A program made the position numbers and the translations under genes. Shown piece by piece: positions 26,396-39,960 of a stretch of 64,000 nucleotides of DNA. The stretch spans positions 21,888,001-21,952,000 of the forward strand of contig CM052816.1 in assembly GCA_028534125.1 (NCBI GenBank), read 5' to 3'. Origin of the DNA: Lama glama (Eukaryota). Under the pieces are notes generated by a model. It was not told where the DNA came from, did no database searches, and worked only from the letters and a program-made list of their open reading frames with translations. Every line of letters starts with the position of its first letter. Positions within the stretch are counted from its first letter, which is position 1.

Positions 26396-29300
26396 CTGTT
26401 GCAAGTTTTTAGATTTGTGGTTACCATAGATACAATATTGACCCATAATTATATCTGTGGGTTTTAAACTTGTAGTCATGTAAGTTCAAACACATTCTAA
26501 AAGATCTACATTTTAAATTCCCCCCAAAATATGTTTTTGATGCCATATTTTACATCTTCATGTTAATAGTTAATATAGTTGCTTTTATAATTTTTTGTTT
26601 TTTAATCTACATACTGGCTTATTTAAGTAATCTTTTGTTTTATTAAATACCTTTGTTTCTTAGTGGGATTTTCTCTCTCCTCTAGATTCTTACTTCTTTT
26701 CCACCCACAGACCTTTGAAAATTTCTTTCAGGATAGGTTTAAACCTGTATTGATGAATTCTTTTAGTTTTTGCTGGTCTGAGAAGTTTTTTATCTCTCCT
26801 TCTATTTTAAGTGATAATCTTACTGGGCAGAATATCCTCACTTGCAGGTTTTTCCCTTTCAGCACTTTGAATATATCATGTTGCTCCCTTCTGGTCTACA
26901 AAGTTTCTGCAGAGAGATCAGCTGATAGCCTTGTGGGGATTCCCTTGTAGATGACCCTTTGTTTTTCTTTTGCTGCCTTTGGACTTCTCTCTTTAACTTT
27001 TGCCTTTTTAGCAGAATTTTTCTTGGTATGGGTCTGTTTGGGACCTTCTGTGCTTCTTGTACCTGGCAGTCTGTTGCCTTCTTAGGTTTGTGAAGTTTTC
27101 AACCTTAATTTTGTCAAATACTTTTTTAGTCTCCATCTTTCTCTCTTCTTCTGGAACCCTTAAAATGTGAATGTTGTTGTGCTTAATGTTATCCCATAGA
27201 TCTTGTAGATAGTTTTTTAAAATTTGTCTTTTTTTTCCTCCTGTTCCAATTGGTTGATTTCCAGTATTCTATCTTCCAGATCAGTTACATGTTTTTCTGT
27301 ATCACTTAGTCTGCTATTTATTCCTTCTAGTGTGTTTTTTATTTCACTTGTTGAATTCTTCATTTCTTATGGTGTCTTTTTTATATTTTGTTTCCTTGTT
27401 AGAATGGTCAGTGTTTAGATCAATTATTTTCCCTAGTTCAGTTAACATTTTTATTACCAATGTTTTGATTTCTTTATCTGGTAAATTGCTTATTTCTGTT
27501 TTGTTATTTATTTTTTCAGGATTTTTTTCTTGCTCTTTCAGTTGAGAACAGTTCCACTGCCTTTTCATTTTAATTAATTTCTCTGCCTCTATGAATTTAA
27601 GAGCAACAGTTGCCTATTGTGGTCTTGAAGGAATGTCCTTATGTGAGAGTTTCCTTTTGTAGACTGTGTTCAACGCCTTTGGTGGGAGGGCTGGATTAGA
27701 TGTGGATGCCAATCATGTCTTTCTCAGGATGTGTTGGCAGCTATCAGCTTGGAAGGGGGTGGAGTTGGAAATGGAGGAGCTAGGACTTGTGCAGACTGTT
27801 AGGGAGGACTTCCTCTCTGCTGAGTGGCCATCACCACCCTCTCAGGGGTGGGAGTTGATTCCAGGTTGCTGGAGTGGAAGCCCTGAGGGTTGGATTCACA
27901 CTGACTCTGTTCCCTTTAAGTGTGTATTTTTCCTTCTCCACACACTGGGTCCCATGACCCAAAGGAGGGGAGTGCTGAAGCAAGTGGAGCTTGGGTGCCT
28001 GCAGAGGTCTCATGTTCTGCCTGTGTAGGTTGCTTCTTTTCCCCAGTCATGGCCACCCTAGATTAAACGACATGGTATATCATGGAGTGAGTGGGGCCAG
28101 AGTGTTTACTTGGCTTGGGCTGGGGTGCACAGTGAGGCAGTTGCAGGAAACTCAGTGGCTGTGTTGTGTCAGAAGTCTGGGTTACTTCTGGGTTGCTGCT
28201 TGAGTAAGTGCTAATAGTGGCTACCACTGCCCCACCTGGGCTCTGCCCCAGGATTGGGTCACCTCTGCATTCCAAGGTCGAGTCTTTTCCCTCTGCCCTG
28301 GACACCCTAGATCCAGTGCCATACTGTGGTGTGGACTGGGTAGGGCTGGGCATTCACTTGACTCAGGCTGGGCAACTAGGACAGACCTCTGTCTTTCCTG
28401 CATGGGGGCAAGCCAGCACCTGCATGCTCCTCATGAGTGGAGTCCAGGCTTTTTCAATTTTTCTATCTCTCCCAGTGGTTCTTCAACCAGCCAAGGGGCT
28501 TGTCTCTTACGCATAGGACCCCAGTATTGCAGTGCCCAGTCTGTGGCTCAACCTGCTCACTCCTCAGAGCAGTGTCCACCCTTGCAATCTCCCTTTTCCT
28601 CTTGAGTCCACTCACAGGGGCACCTGTCCTAACCCGATCACTTTTTTTCCTGATCCTACCTGATTACATGTATATCTTTCTTACAGTTTTGTTTATACAG
28701 GAATACTTCTGCCAGTTTCCAGTTAGTTTTCAATGAGAATTGTTCCACGTGTAGATGTATTTTTGATGTTCATGGGGGAAGGTGAGCTCTACATCCTCTT
28801 ACTCCACCATCTTGGTGTCTGTGTATGCTGATTTTAATCTATATCTTTTTGATATAGTAAACCATAACTATAAGTATAACGGCTTTTCTGAGTCCTGTGA
28901 ATCCTTCTAGCAAATATTTGAGCCTAAGGGTGGTCTTGGGAACTGATACATCTTTTATTTCTGGCTTCTTTTAAGTTCTCCTTATCTTGGATATACTATA
29001 ATTTCACTGGAATTTGTACATAAATGGGTTAATATTTTTGTTTGCTGTTCTTTTAAAATTCTAATTTCACTTAATATATTAGACTTCCTGAGTTTGTGGA
29101 CCTGTGTCTCACATCAATTTGGGAAATTTTTCACTATTATCCATTTTATTCTGTCACAAATGATAATTGGTATGTATTAGGCCTCCAGTAGTAAATGTTC
29201 CCATCCTACACATCTTTCAACCTCTCTTTAATATTTTTCATTTATTTACTGTATTCTAGATAATTTCTTCAGTGAGTCTCTCTTCAGCTGGACTTACTCT

Positions 29301-30700
29301 GCTGCTTAAGCCTTCCATTAATTTTTTTATTTCAACAGTTTTTTCATTTCAAGAAATTCTAGTTGTTTATCTTTCAAATCTCCTCTTATTCCTGATAGTT
29401 TCAGTTGCTTGCTCATTCATGAAATTTCAGTTGTTAATTCTTTAATCATTTTGTGCTGAATTTTAAAATTCTAATATCTGATGTTTTGGGTGCTTAAATC
29501 CATTGTTCATTCCTGTACAGTCTTACATAAGGTAGCTTGATTGCTCATCAGTTTGGTACTTTCTTTTTTGTTGTTATAATGAAATTGTAGGAGGATATGA
29601 AATATGTTTTGTCCATCATTTCTGCTTGGAAGTCTTCTGAGCTGAATCTTGAAGACCTCTGACACTGACATTGACTCTTATCATTTATTTTGTTGCCCTT
29701 ATTTGATGAGAATCTTATGGACCTAAGTTGGGGATTTCATCTTCCTAACAGAATTTGTACCTGTTTTTACTGCAACAGGTGTAGCTAGGGTTAAGTATCA
29801 ACCTGGGACCACTTTGTCCCCCTTTAGGGATTGTGATTTAGTGCCAGAATCTCAGATTCAGCATTCCCGTCTTCCTGCTGGCCCTCTTACAGTGTTCTTA
29901 TCTGATCCAGTCACTTTGTGCAGGGGCATGGAATACATTGGTTGGCTAGGCTGATTCAGAAGTATTCTCAGCTCCTCCTGATCCATAAGGAAGGGGTGGT
30001 GAACAGGCTGGTAGAATGAGTAGGTTCTCCCCAGAAAACTCTGGCACTTTTCAGTACCAGAAGGATGAAAATGAATGCTGGGCAGGAAAATTGCTGATGT
30101 CCACCTCAGAAGATGATGTGAATTTTACATTAGAAGATATTTCTGTATAATCTTTATTTAAAATAGGAGGAGCTCTTAATGAATATGTGTCTATTTCTGA
30201 GTTCCAAGGAAGAAGATATTTCACATCTGAAGCATATGGTATTTTTTTATTCCAGAGATGGTCTGCTTGATGGGATAGTGTCAAAATTAACTTAGTTGGG
30301 AAATTACATAAATCTAGTGTTTGACTCTGAATTAAATTTAAATATGTTTTAATTCAGTAAATCCTGTAAACTTTCTCTCCCACTTTGGAATGATTGATTT
30401 TCAACTATATCATTACTTTCTCTCTGTTTTGCAATAAGTTACCCAACTTCTCTGAACCTAAGTTTTCTTGTTTTACAAGTGGGGATAATATAATCTGCTT
30501 TGCCTGGTTCTTGTGAGTATTAAATAAGCAAATGTTTTAAAACCAATTAGTGTCTAGAGTAGAATAAGCATTTCATAAATGCTTTTTATTGTTAATGTCT
30601 GTGAAAATACAGATATTGAGACCATTTGCTTTTGAAATAAAACAATGTACAGATATTGTACCTGGAAAAATTAGGCAATATCTGTCTTTGTCTTTTTTAG

Positions 30701-30824
30701 GTTCCTTCAGATACATCAGAAATATGTTGTATTATTAAAGCGTCACCAGGAACTAGACAATTGGAAACTAAAGGTGTCATTGTAAAGAAGCACAAATACT
30801 CTCCTCCTAAAGATACTCCTCCAG
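30701..30824 (+). CDS. MEIKIN: MEIKIN penultimate coding exon (124 nt): VPSDTSEICCIIKASPGTRQLETKGVIVKKHKYSPPKDTPP
   Basis: Strong acceptor tctttgtcttttttAG ending 30700 and donor GTACTG at 30825. Contains the EICCII motif recalled from the conserved MEIKIN C-terminus. In phase with the previous exon. Confidence 0.93.
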
Positions 30825-31661
30825 GTACTGTAGTGTGAATGCAGAGCCTAATTTTTGGAAGATACGAAACATTTTTTAATGGTTAATTTATTATGTACAC
30901 AAGAAGTTCAGTTATAAATTGTATTCTGAAAGTTCTTGCACAAAGTAGAAATGGTAAAGTTATAAAGAAGCTTGGTCCATTTTCAGAACCTGAGTAACAT
31001 AATTTTTTGAAAGTCACATACATCATCTTTTCTAAAATTAGCTTATACCATTGATTTAAAGTGTAATTATAACTTCTTTATTTCTCACTGTTACTTTATG
31101 ATAACAGGATGTATACAGTATCATCATTTTATATATTAGGAATCTGAGACTTAAAGTAGTATGCACTTTGTCCAAAATCATACTGCTACCAAGTGGTAGA
31201 GAGGAGTTGAATATTTGAAGGCTTCCAAATTTCATGTTTAGGTTTTTCCGTACTTCCCTCACTGCATATCAGACAGAATGTCTAATCACTTGATAGGGCT
31301 TAGGAATCTTTTATAAGTAAGCAGGCAGTGAAGCAATTGAATCTTAATAGATTATATATAACTTCAATTCAACTAGGCTGCCTACTCTTGATTCTTGTCC
31401 CCATTTCCTCCACAGAACCTGCCCTGTGTTCCTTAAGTCTGAAGAGCTTTTTTTCTTTTTTTCTAAGTTCCTTGACTACTTAATTCAATGACACTCATTT
31501 GACACTTAATAATATACTACTACGTTACATAATTTACAATGCTGACTTTTCATATTCTTTAGGTTATGAAGTTTTAAAGGAAAGGACAGAAATCACATAA
31601 TAGACTTCTTTCTATCTCTATCTCTGATAACTTTAGTGTATTGGTAGGGAATAGTAGATGC

Positions 31662-32059
31662 CGTATCAGTCAAGGTCCTAACAGAACTAATAGGATATAT
31701 ATAGAAACATATGTGTATATGTATATAAAGAGATTATTTCAGGGAGTTGGCTTATGCAATTGTAGGGTCTGGCTGAAAACTGTAGGGCTAGCTGGAAACT
31801 CTTGGGCAGGAGCTGGTGATATAGTCAGTCCTTAGGAGGAATTTTTCTTCTTAAGAGAAACCTCAGTTTTACTCTTAAGGTCTTTCCTGATTGGATGAAG
31901 CCTACCCACATTATCCACAATTATCTCCTTTACTGAAAATTAGTTATTACAAATGTTAACTGTATTTACAAAGTACCTTCATAGCAACACCAAAATTAGT
32001 ATTTAATTTAATTGAGTAGTGTTGCCTAGTTAAGATGACGCATACAACTAACCATCACG
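31662..32059 (-). mobile_element. MLT2-type 3' LTR of an ERVL provirus
   Basis: Typical MLT2 antisense pattern (tatcagtc..agaactaataggatatatata...aactaaccatcac), abutting ERVL internal sequence. Confidence 0.8.
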
Positions 32060-34715
32060 GTCCAGTCCATGTCAACTGTGCATTCATACACATCTCCTTA
32101 AACCATATTTAATTTCCAAATAAAGATAATAACAAAGTCATACTTCTGTCTAACATAATACAACTGCCCTACCTAAAACCAAAAATGTACTGACTCCTTC
32201 TCCAGAAGAGGATGCGGTCCTTGGGTGATGTTTGTTCTTCTCATCAGTGTCTTGTAACTCAAGTAGGATGATAAAAAGTAAATGGTGATTGATACAACTT
32301 ATGTAGATGATAAGGATATGAGAGATGGAAGAAAACAAAGACATTTGCTTAACTAGTCATGTGATCATAACTGGTATTTATAAGTACCTTCCTTCACTAT
32401 CCATTCCATATTATCTCTGCCCTCAGCAAGTACCTCAGCTGGTTGTAGTTCTTTAAATGGCTGGGTGACACAACCCTCATTTCTGAAAGGTCTGCAGTAT
32501 TAGCAGTTCTTCTTAGATGGGGTTGTTTTAGTTTTCCATTGACCTTAACCATAGAGCATGGTAATACTAAGAGATGGTCTAAAGGATCTCCTGTATTCCA
32601 GGCATAGTCTTCCTTGCCTCCCTTGGGGAGTAGTAGTTCAGATTCTTCTTGATAGTCAGTATCAATCACCCCAGTCAGGTGGCAGTCTTAATTTTCAGTT
32701 CAGTTGAATCATTGTGACTTCTGGTGGAAGTATTCTTCCCTTTGGAACTAAGACCTCCAGGCCTGCAGAGCATAAAGTCATGGTAACAGGAAGCAGAATT
32801 TTTGCTAGTGGGTCACAGGTGGTAGTGCTGAGTGATCTCACTTTCATTTCTACCTCTTGATTCCGGGCCTGTGACTCCTGGCTATGGGAGAAACAGTACC
32901 ATATATTGGGTGCTGATTCAGAGCAAACATAACCTTCTGGAGAACCTTTCCTCAGCCCTGCAAGATATTGTCACCTAGCTGGTGCTGTAACTGAGTCTTC
33001 AAAAGGCTATTCAACCATTCTGTGAAGTCAGCTGCTTCAGGTAAGACCAGTGGATTCCATGTGCTTGGCTCACTGCCAAACTTCTTTTGCTGCGAAGTGA
33101 GTTTTTTGATCAGAAACAGTGCTGTGGGATACCATAATGGTGGATAAGGCATTCTGTAAGTCCTTGGATGGTGATTTTGGCAGAAGCATTGTGTGCAGGG
33201 AAGGCAAATCCATATCCAGAGTATCTGTTCTAGTAAGAATAAAATGTTGTCCCATCCATGATGGAAATGGTCCAGTGTAATCAACCTATTTCCACCAGGT
33301 AGCTGGCTTATCACTCCAGGGAGTGGTGCCATATTGGAGATGAGGTATTGGTTTCTGCTGCTGACGGATTGAGTACTCAGCAGTGGCTGTAGCCAGATTG
33401 ACTTTGGTGCATGGAAGTCTGTTTTGCTGAGGCCATGCATAAGCTCCATCCCTGCCACCACGGCCACTTTGTTCATTGGCTTACTGGGTGATAACAAGGG
33501 TGGCTGGGGAAAAAGGCTAACTAGTATCCACAAAATAGGTAATCTTACCCACTTGATTATTAAAATTCTCCTCTACTTATATCACAGTTTGTGAGCATTC
33601 ACATGGGACACAGATTTTTGTCTCTTTTTTTTGCCCCCACAGAGAGTTCTATCTATATGCCTCTTCCCAAATCTCCTTGTTATCAACTTTCAAATCATGT
33701 CCCTTCCAAGTTTCTGACAATCTAGCAAAACTGTTGGTCACAGTCCATGAATCAATATATTATCATACATCTGGCCATTTCTCCTTCCAACAAAGTGAAC
33801 AACCAGCTGCATTGCTTAAAGTTCTATCCACTTGGAGGATATCCCTTCACTTTCCTTCAGAGATGTCCCAGAAAGAAGCTTAGGTGCTATAGCTCTCCAC
33901 TTCCAGGTTTTGCTTGCATACCATGCAGAACCATCTGTAAACCAAGCCTGAGCTTTCTTTTCCTCAATCACCTGACTGTAGAGAACTCCCCATGATGCCA
34001 TTAGTGCAGGCAGGGAGAAAGAAGGTAGTGTAGAAGGAGTAGGGGCCATGGGCATTTGGACCACTTCCTCATATAGCTTACTTGTGCCTTCAGGACATGT
34101 TGAGCCCATTCTCATGTATACCATTTCCATTTGATAACATAGTACTGTTCTTCACAGCCAAATTTATGGTTTGGTGCATTAGACAGCACACAATTCATGA
34201 TGGGTGGGCAGCTCAGCTCTCATTGTAACTTGGTGGCCCATAGTCAAGTATTCAGACTCTACTAAGACCCAGTAGCAGGCCAAAAGCTGTTTCTCAAATA
34301 GAGTGATTACCCACAGAGGATGGCAGGGCTTTGCTCCACAATCCTAAGGGTATAGACTGCAGTTCATCTACAGGCTCCAAACAGCATCTCTTTCTGCCAC
34401 TACCACTTCAGGCACCATTGGATCTGTTGGATCATATGGTACAAGTGGCAGGGTATCTTGCACAGTAGCCTAGACCTTTTGCAGAGCCTTCTTTTTTGTT
34501 CTAAGACTCGCTCAAAACTGGCAGCTTTTGGGTCACTTAGTAACAGGTCTTGAGTAGTACACTCAAATAAGGAATATATTGACTCCAAAATCTTAAAAGG
34601 CCCACTAGGTATTGTGCCTCTTTTTGGCTGTAGGTGGAGCAAGATGCAACAACTTACTCTTTATCTTATGAGGCATATCTCTTATATCACTGAACTAGAA
34701 ATTTCAATGAGATGG
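32060..34715 (-). mobile_element. Decayed ERVL internal region: RT end, RNase H, integrase, dUTPase
   Basis: Minus-strand peptides: AWFTDGSA (33816..34130, RNase H), FILTRTDT..SDQKTHFAAKEVWQ (33070..33255, integrase), IDTDYQEE..WNTGDPL..LLVLP (32397..32669, dUTPase). dUTPase downstream of integrase with no env is the ERVL layout. Confidence 0.88.
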
Positions 34716-34719
34716 AAAG

Positions 34720-35295
34720 ACACCCAGCAATTCCATTTCCCTGAACCCTAGAGACCCAGCAATTCCACTTCCAGGAATATATCCACTGAATGTGTACATA
34801 TGTTCATCATAAGATATATACTAGAATATTCATGTCAGCACTGTTGATAATAGCTTCAAATTGGAAACTATCCAAATGCCCATCAACAGTACAATGGATA
34901 AATATACTGTGGCATAAATAAACTGTGGTATACTTCATTAGAGTGCTATATGACAGTGAGAATCAACAATGTAGAGTTACATGCAACAGTATTGATGAAT
35001 CCCACATAAGGAGCCAGACACAATAGGGTACATTTAATTTTACTTATATTTAGTACAAAACTGGGCAAAACTAAACTATGGTGGAAATTACCATAGTGGA
35101 TGTTCTTGTTGGGGAGCGGGTCTTAACTGGAAAGGGTTATAAGAAGGAATTCTAGGGTACTGGTAGTGTTCTGTTTCATTATCTGGATGATGGCTAAATG
35201 GTATGTTAAGTTTCCGAAGACCCAACAATTTGTATAGTGCAGATATGTGTACTTTTCTGTGTATGCTATACTTCAGTAAAAAGATAAAAATAAAG
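34720..35295 (+). mobile_element. Old L1 3' fragment (sense)
   Basis: gacccagcaattccacttccaggaatatatcca...caaatgcccatcaacagt, ending in an A-rich tail. Confidence 0.75.
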
Positions 35296-36034
35296 CAACT
35301 TCTCGTAATTTGATCTTTGAGCTGCCCATGATGAATTGTGCGTTGTCTGATGTGCCAAGCCATAAATTTGGCTGTGAAGAGCAGCACTCTGTTATCAAGT
35401 GGAAAGAGCATATATGAGATTGGGCTCAAGGATGCCTGTCATCCTAGTGTATGACATCAGGTAATGTCACAACCCTGGATTTAAGTATGTCACAAATCAA
35501 AACTAAATTGTATCTAGGATGTTCTTTTGAGTATTCAGACCAAAATTTTTGTTTAATGGACAGAGAGACTCCCTGATGCAAGTTGAACCAGTTGTGCCAC
35601 CTCCTGGTTTCTGTCTAGGTTCTCATCTCATATAGCAGCTTCCTTACTTAATTCCCTTTCAACCTCTGGGCACTTGTCTGTGTCTTTCCTGTAGTAAAAA
35701 TAGCAAGTCCCCAAGCTAACTATGAGTATGTTATTTTAAACATGCAGCAGCCTATTTTTAGCCCTGGCATTTAACTGTTTAGCTAGTTTGGCAGTAATCT
35801 AATCAGGACTACGGGGTGAGGCTCACTTTTGACAGTCTAGGACCCCTGTTCTTTGTGCTGCTTGTTCATTAATAATTGGCACTATGCTGATTAAAGAAGA
35901 AAAATTTGTGAAAGTAAACCATGAGAAGAGTCCAAAAGAGATGTGATAGAGGAGGTGCTATGGGTAAGTAGAGGTCTGAGAGTGGTAACAGACAACTGGA
36001 TGGAAGAGGCCTTAGAAAACATCCAGTCCAAGGC

Positions 36035-38970
36035 TTGTCATGGTGTGGTCTTCTGACCACCTGTACCAGAATCACTGCAGACCTGGTAAATTACAATCTC
36101 TCAAGGTATGGCACAGGAATCTACATTTGATGAGCTTTCAAAGTGGTCCCAGTAAGCACTAAAATTTGAGAACGATATAATAATCTAGTCTATTTTGCTC
36201 ATTTTACATATAATAAAAATGACCTGGCCATATTGATAAGTGACTTGCTCAAGTTTACATAGCTAATTACTGGAAGAATCAGAACTAGAACTTAGCTTTT
36301 CTGATTTTCATTAAATTTGACTGGGTAGCTGTCAAATAAATAGAGAATGTGGGATAGAGTAGATGGGGCTCTGAGTTTCCCAGCTTATCTAGATAGAGCA
36401 GTTTTGCTCCTCTTTGCTTTTACGCACTGGGCTTGCTTTTATATTCTACTTAAAGAGACAATTTTTTTTTGTCAAGAGGAAGTTTGGACAATTATTGCTT
36501 TGTACTTCTTATAGTTATAGCAATGGATGTCTAATTTATTGGTACTTTAATTGATCCAGCAAGCATGCGTAAGGCACTGCAGTTTTAGCTAGGGATATGA
36601 GTACAGCCTTTGCCCTCTGGGGCTTACACATTAGTGATGAGGTAGATCTCACAGTCTTCTCTATAAGGTGATAAGTTAGTAGTGGAGCAAAGCACTTGCA
36701 GGAGCCCAGAAGAGGATACTTTTAACTTCAAAGTGTCAAGGATAACTTCCAAGCTTACAGTACTTTCTGGAAAAATCAGAGAAAATCTGTAGCTATCCGT
36801 ATAGTAAGATTTTGAGGTTTCTATTTTATTTTCATCTCCAGAAGGGATGATAGTGTGTTACAGATTCCTATCTTAATCTCATAGAATAACAGCTTTTACC
36901 TAGGTAGATAGATATATCTTTAATGGCAGTTTGAGTTTTTAGATAATAATGGCAGACAGAAGTATCACACAGAAATACGACAAATGAGATGGAAAAAGAT
37001 TTGAGTATCCAAGGGATGGTAGTCCTTTATCCTTCTACTTTAATCACTTAAGAGTAGAACATCCCTAAGTTCATATCCTAGCTCTGTTAATAAGAGTACA
37101 TTCCTTAATTGGCCTGAATTTTAGCCTTCTATCTGTAAAATGGGCATAATAATTACTTACCTCACAGAATTACTTCAAGGGCTAGAGATAATGTACATAA
37201 AATGTCTGACATAGAATAATCACTCATTATGCAATAATTATTATTTGCCTCAATAGGTTAATTCCTCAGGTCTAACTCACTAAATTTCCCTTTGAAAACT
37301 ACACCTGTGGTTTTATTTAATTGTAAAAAGTCTAAAATATATTGTGTGGTTATTGTATATAATCATAAATTTGGTTATGCCATCTCATGTACATAGTATA
37401 AGCAGGTAAGTGTGTGTGGTCTTTGACACAGACACATTGGTCCAGTATAAATACAGAGATGAAGTATGCCAGCCAGTTCCTCAGGGGAAAAGAAATCAGA
37501 CTAGTTTGACATATAGAGACCTTTTAAGTGTGTTGATTTGGTGTCATGTGGCTATAGAAATAAAAAGATGAAGTTCTGTAGCTGATTGGTTCATTCATTC
37601 AGCAAACATTGACTGAGTCTGCATATCATGTGCTAGATGCAGTTGATTGCTGGTAATATTGTAGAGAAATACATAGCTGTCTTTATGAAGTTTGTAATCT
37701 CATGGAGGAAGTCCAGTGGAGGTATAGGTGCTTTTGTAGTGCTATATGTGGGATCCTTTGGGAAATATAGGGAAAGTGGGAAATTCTCTGGAGGATGATC
37801 TGAAGCCCTCGGGGACATCCTGGGTATAGGCCTTCTAGGCAGAGGAACCAGCATAAATAAAGGCACACAAGCTTAAAGTATTCCTAGGTAATTAAGGAAT
37901 GAAGTAGTTATGTTCAGCTGGAGTGGAGATTGGACTCTGAAACTGAATATTTAGTAGTAATCAGGGGTCAGATCTTAGAGAGCTTCCTATGCCATACTGA
38001 CTTTTGACTATATCCTGGTCAAACTGCTTTTTAGTTAGATCATTCCAGCTAGAAGTGTGGAGTAACTTGGAAAGAAGTGAGCCTGAAAGAAGACAGATTA
38101 GGTGGGAGTTTTGCAAGAGTTCTGATGAACAAAGCTGAGAAAATAAGGATTTCAGCTATTGTATCTCAAAGTATGGTGCTCAGACCGCATGGGGGATTTA
38201 TAAATAATGCAAATTCCAGGGTCATTGCTTCAGCAATCTGATTCAGGATTTCTGGGATTTGGGAACCAGTCTAACCTAAAAATGTTTATTGGTATAATTG
38301 TCAGAGCTCAGTGACTGATTAGTTACTGGTACAGTGTAGTGAGAGAAGAGGACAGTTAGAGGATGATTTATCCGATTGTAGTATTGTAAATTTTCAGGCA
38401 TGATGTGTTATGGGTGATGTCAGAAGAAAATATAGGACATGGCCCTGGATGTAAACATGATGGCTAAGGTTGGGTAGATGAGACTAGATAGTTGGGTGAG
38501 CTGATTACCACTTGGGAAGTTACTCAAACGCTGGTGTGGAGAGGATGGCTGTGGCCCAGTTTCCAGTCTTTAATAAGTGATCAGTCGTTTTCTGAAGTCA
38601 TTGAAAGCAAGAATAAGGAGGAGTAGAGGGTAGAATAGTCAGTACTTCCCAAACATAATTTACTTGTGAATTGATTGTGGATCTTGTTAAAATGGAGATT
38701 TTGATTCAGTAGGTCTGGAATGGAGCCCAGGATTCTACATTTCCATCAACTCTTCAGTGACATTGAGGTTACTGGTCCATGGACTAGAGTTGAAGAGCAA
38801 AGATATTGGCCTCTGGTGTTCAAACAGCTGCACGTTAGACTTTTCCTGGATATTTGAGTCCTTTGCTAAGAGGTTCTGATCTAATTAGTATGGAGTATAG
38901 CCTGGATATCAGGATTTTTAAAAGCTCAGGTAACTCTAAGGTCCAGCAAAGTTTGAGAACCATTGATATA
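36035..38970. mobile_element. Cluster of ancient repeats: MER5-like MITEs (~36035-36175, 38160-38290, 38640-38965), MIRs (~36180-36310, 37060-37240), L2 (~37590-38130)
   Basis: MER5 motifs (gattcagtaggtctggaatggagcccagg; aagtttgagaaccattg), MIR core (tctgtaaaatgggcataataat), L2 tail (ttcattcattcagcaaacatt). Confidence 0.65.
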
Positions 38971-39534
38971 GGCTGATTGGGCCAGGGTGTGAGGTATATC
39001 ATAGTATGAAATTGGCAATGGGAATAGGTAAAGTTGGCTCCACTCTCGATCTCCTGGTACAGGGTATGAGGGGAAAGGCTCCAGAATCCTGTATTGGAAA
39101 GAACCTGGTTCAGCTACAACAAACAGCAGGAGAATGAAAAGAAAGATGGGTAGGGAAATGTGAGGGGATTCTGCCTGGGTGGTGGCTAAGGAGGACAGTG
39201 ATGAGAAGTGGATCCATTACACCAGGTTACAAGGCTGAGGTTAGCGGCCTTGTGATGGCCACTGACAGCCGTTTTTGCTGGGCTTTCCACTGGAATGCTA
39301 TTGAGCAGGTCTCTTTGTCTCTCCAAAGAAAAGTGTCCTCAGCATGTCCAGGAAGGAGTGAGCCAACTATTCTTTTTTTTTAAATGACCTCTGGATTTGT
39401 TTCCTAAGGCTTGATGGGGTGAAACTAGAGTTGCATGAACATTGGGTTCTCTCCCCCCAAGGACTGGTTATTAATAACTATTGGACACCTGCTTGTGATA
39501 TATATGAAATAATCTATTGTTTTTTTTTCTCCAG

Positions 39535-39566
39535 ATATTATAATAAAAACAAATGGCAGGATGTAG
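39535..39566 (+). CDS. MEIKIN: MEIKIN last coding exon: (D)IIIKTNGRM-stop
   Basis: Acceptor ttttttttctccAG ending 39534. Phase-1 join G|AT gives DIIIK as in recalled MEIKIN. TAG at 39564-39566. Confidence 0.85.
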
Positions 39567-39960
39567 CAACTGTGGCTGAATTTTCACTACTTTGAAGATT
39601 TGAATGTGAAGTTAAAGCCCATGAAGCAGAATGTCTGCCTGGAATTACATGAAATTCAAAAATCAAAATTCTCTAATTATTTGTGATATATCCTGGTGTT
39701 GAAATTGTATTGAGATTCTTATAAATTACTTTTGATGAGCTGAGAAAGAATCATTCTTCTGTCTGCTTCTTAAATGTATGTATTTGTCTTATTAACAAAT
39801 AGTTTATATTAGAAAACTGTTATTTCAGCTGTATATAAAGCTGAATATTAAATAGATTATTTCAGCTATTTACTAAGACCCAACAGCAGGTACTATGTAA
39901 CGTCCTTTGATTGTTTTTTCCCAAGTTTATCCTTTGTATGTATTAAAAGTAGTAAAGTTG
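39567..39960 (+). other. MEIKIN: MEIKIN 3'UTR with candidate poly(A) signals
   Basis: AT-rich non-repetitive sequence after the stop. ATTAAA at 39847-39852 and 39942-39947. The true end is uncertain. Confidence 0.55.

Larger units (their letters stand above)
21418..28828 (-). mobile_element. L1 retaining both ends (5'UTR, ORF1, EN, ORF2 end, 3'UTR), with internal deletion and two nested L1s; inactive
   Basis: 5' CCAAGATGG near 28807-28815. ORF1 N-terminal remnant 27344..27568. Endonuclease remnant 24141..24380 (ENITIIKIYIPN...IIVEEFNTSLTTMDR). T-rich tail near 21420-21450. Many frameshifts. Confidence 0.88.
20944..28950 (+). mobile_element. MER77-like LTR split in two (20944-21417 and 28829-28950) by an L1
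   Basis: Starts TGTAGGAAAGGGTTAACTCAGCAGGCCTG. The 3' part resumes after the L1. tgatttta is duplicated at 21410-21417 and 28829-28836. Confidence 0.72.

Noticed and set aside
21418..28828. Potentially active full-length L1
   Set aside because: ORF1 and ORF2 are fragmented, the RT core is missing and two other L1s interrupt it.
30055..30150. Possible alternative terminal MEIKIN exon (YQKDENECWAGKLL...ISV*) after ttttcAG
   Set aside because: In phase, but 31 open codons is plausible by chance, and I see no homology or other support.
32952..33533. 193-aa minus-strand ORF
   Set aside because: Mostly an off-frame reading of decayed ERVL integrase sequence. The true frame is broken, so it is not a domesticated gene.
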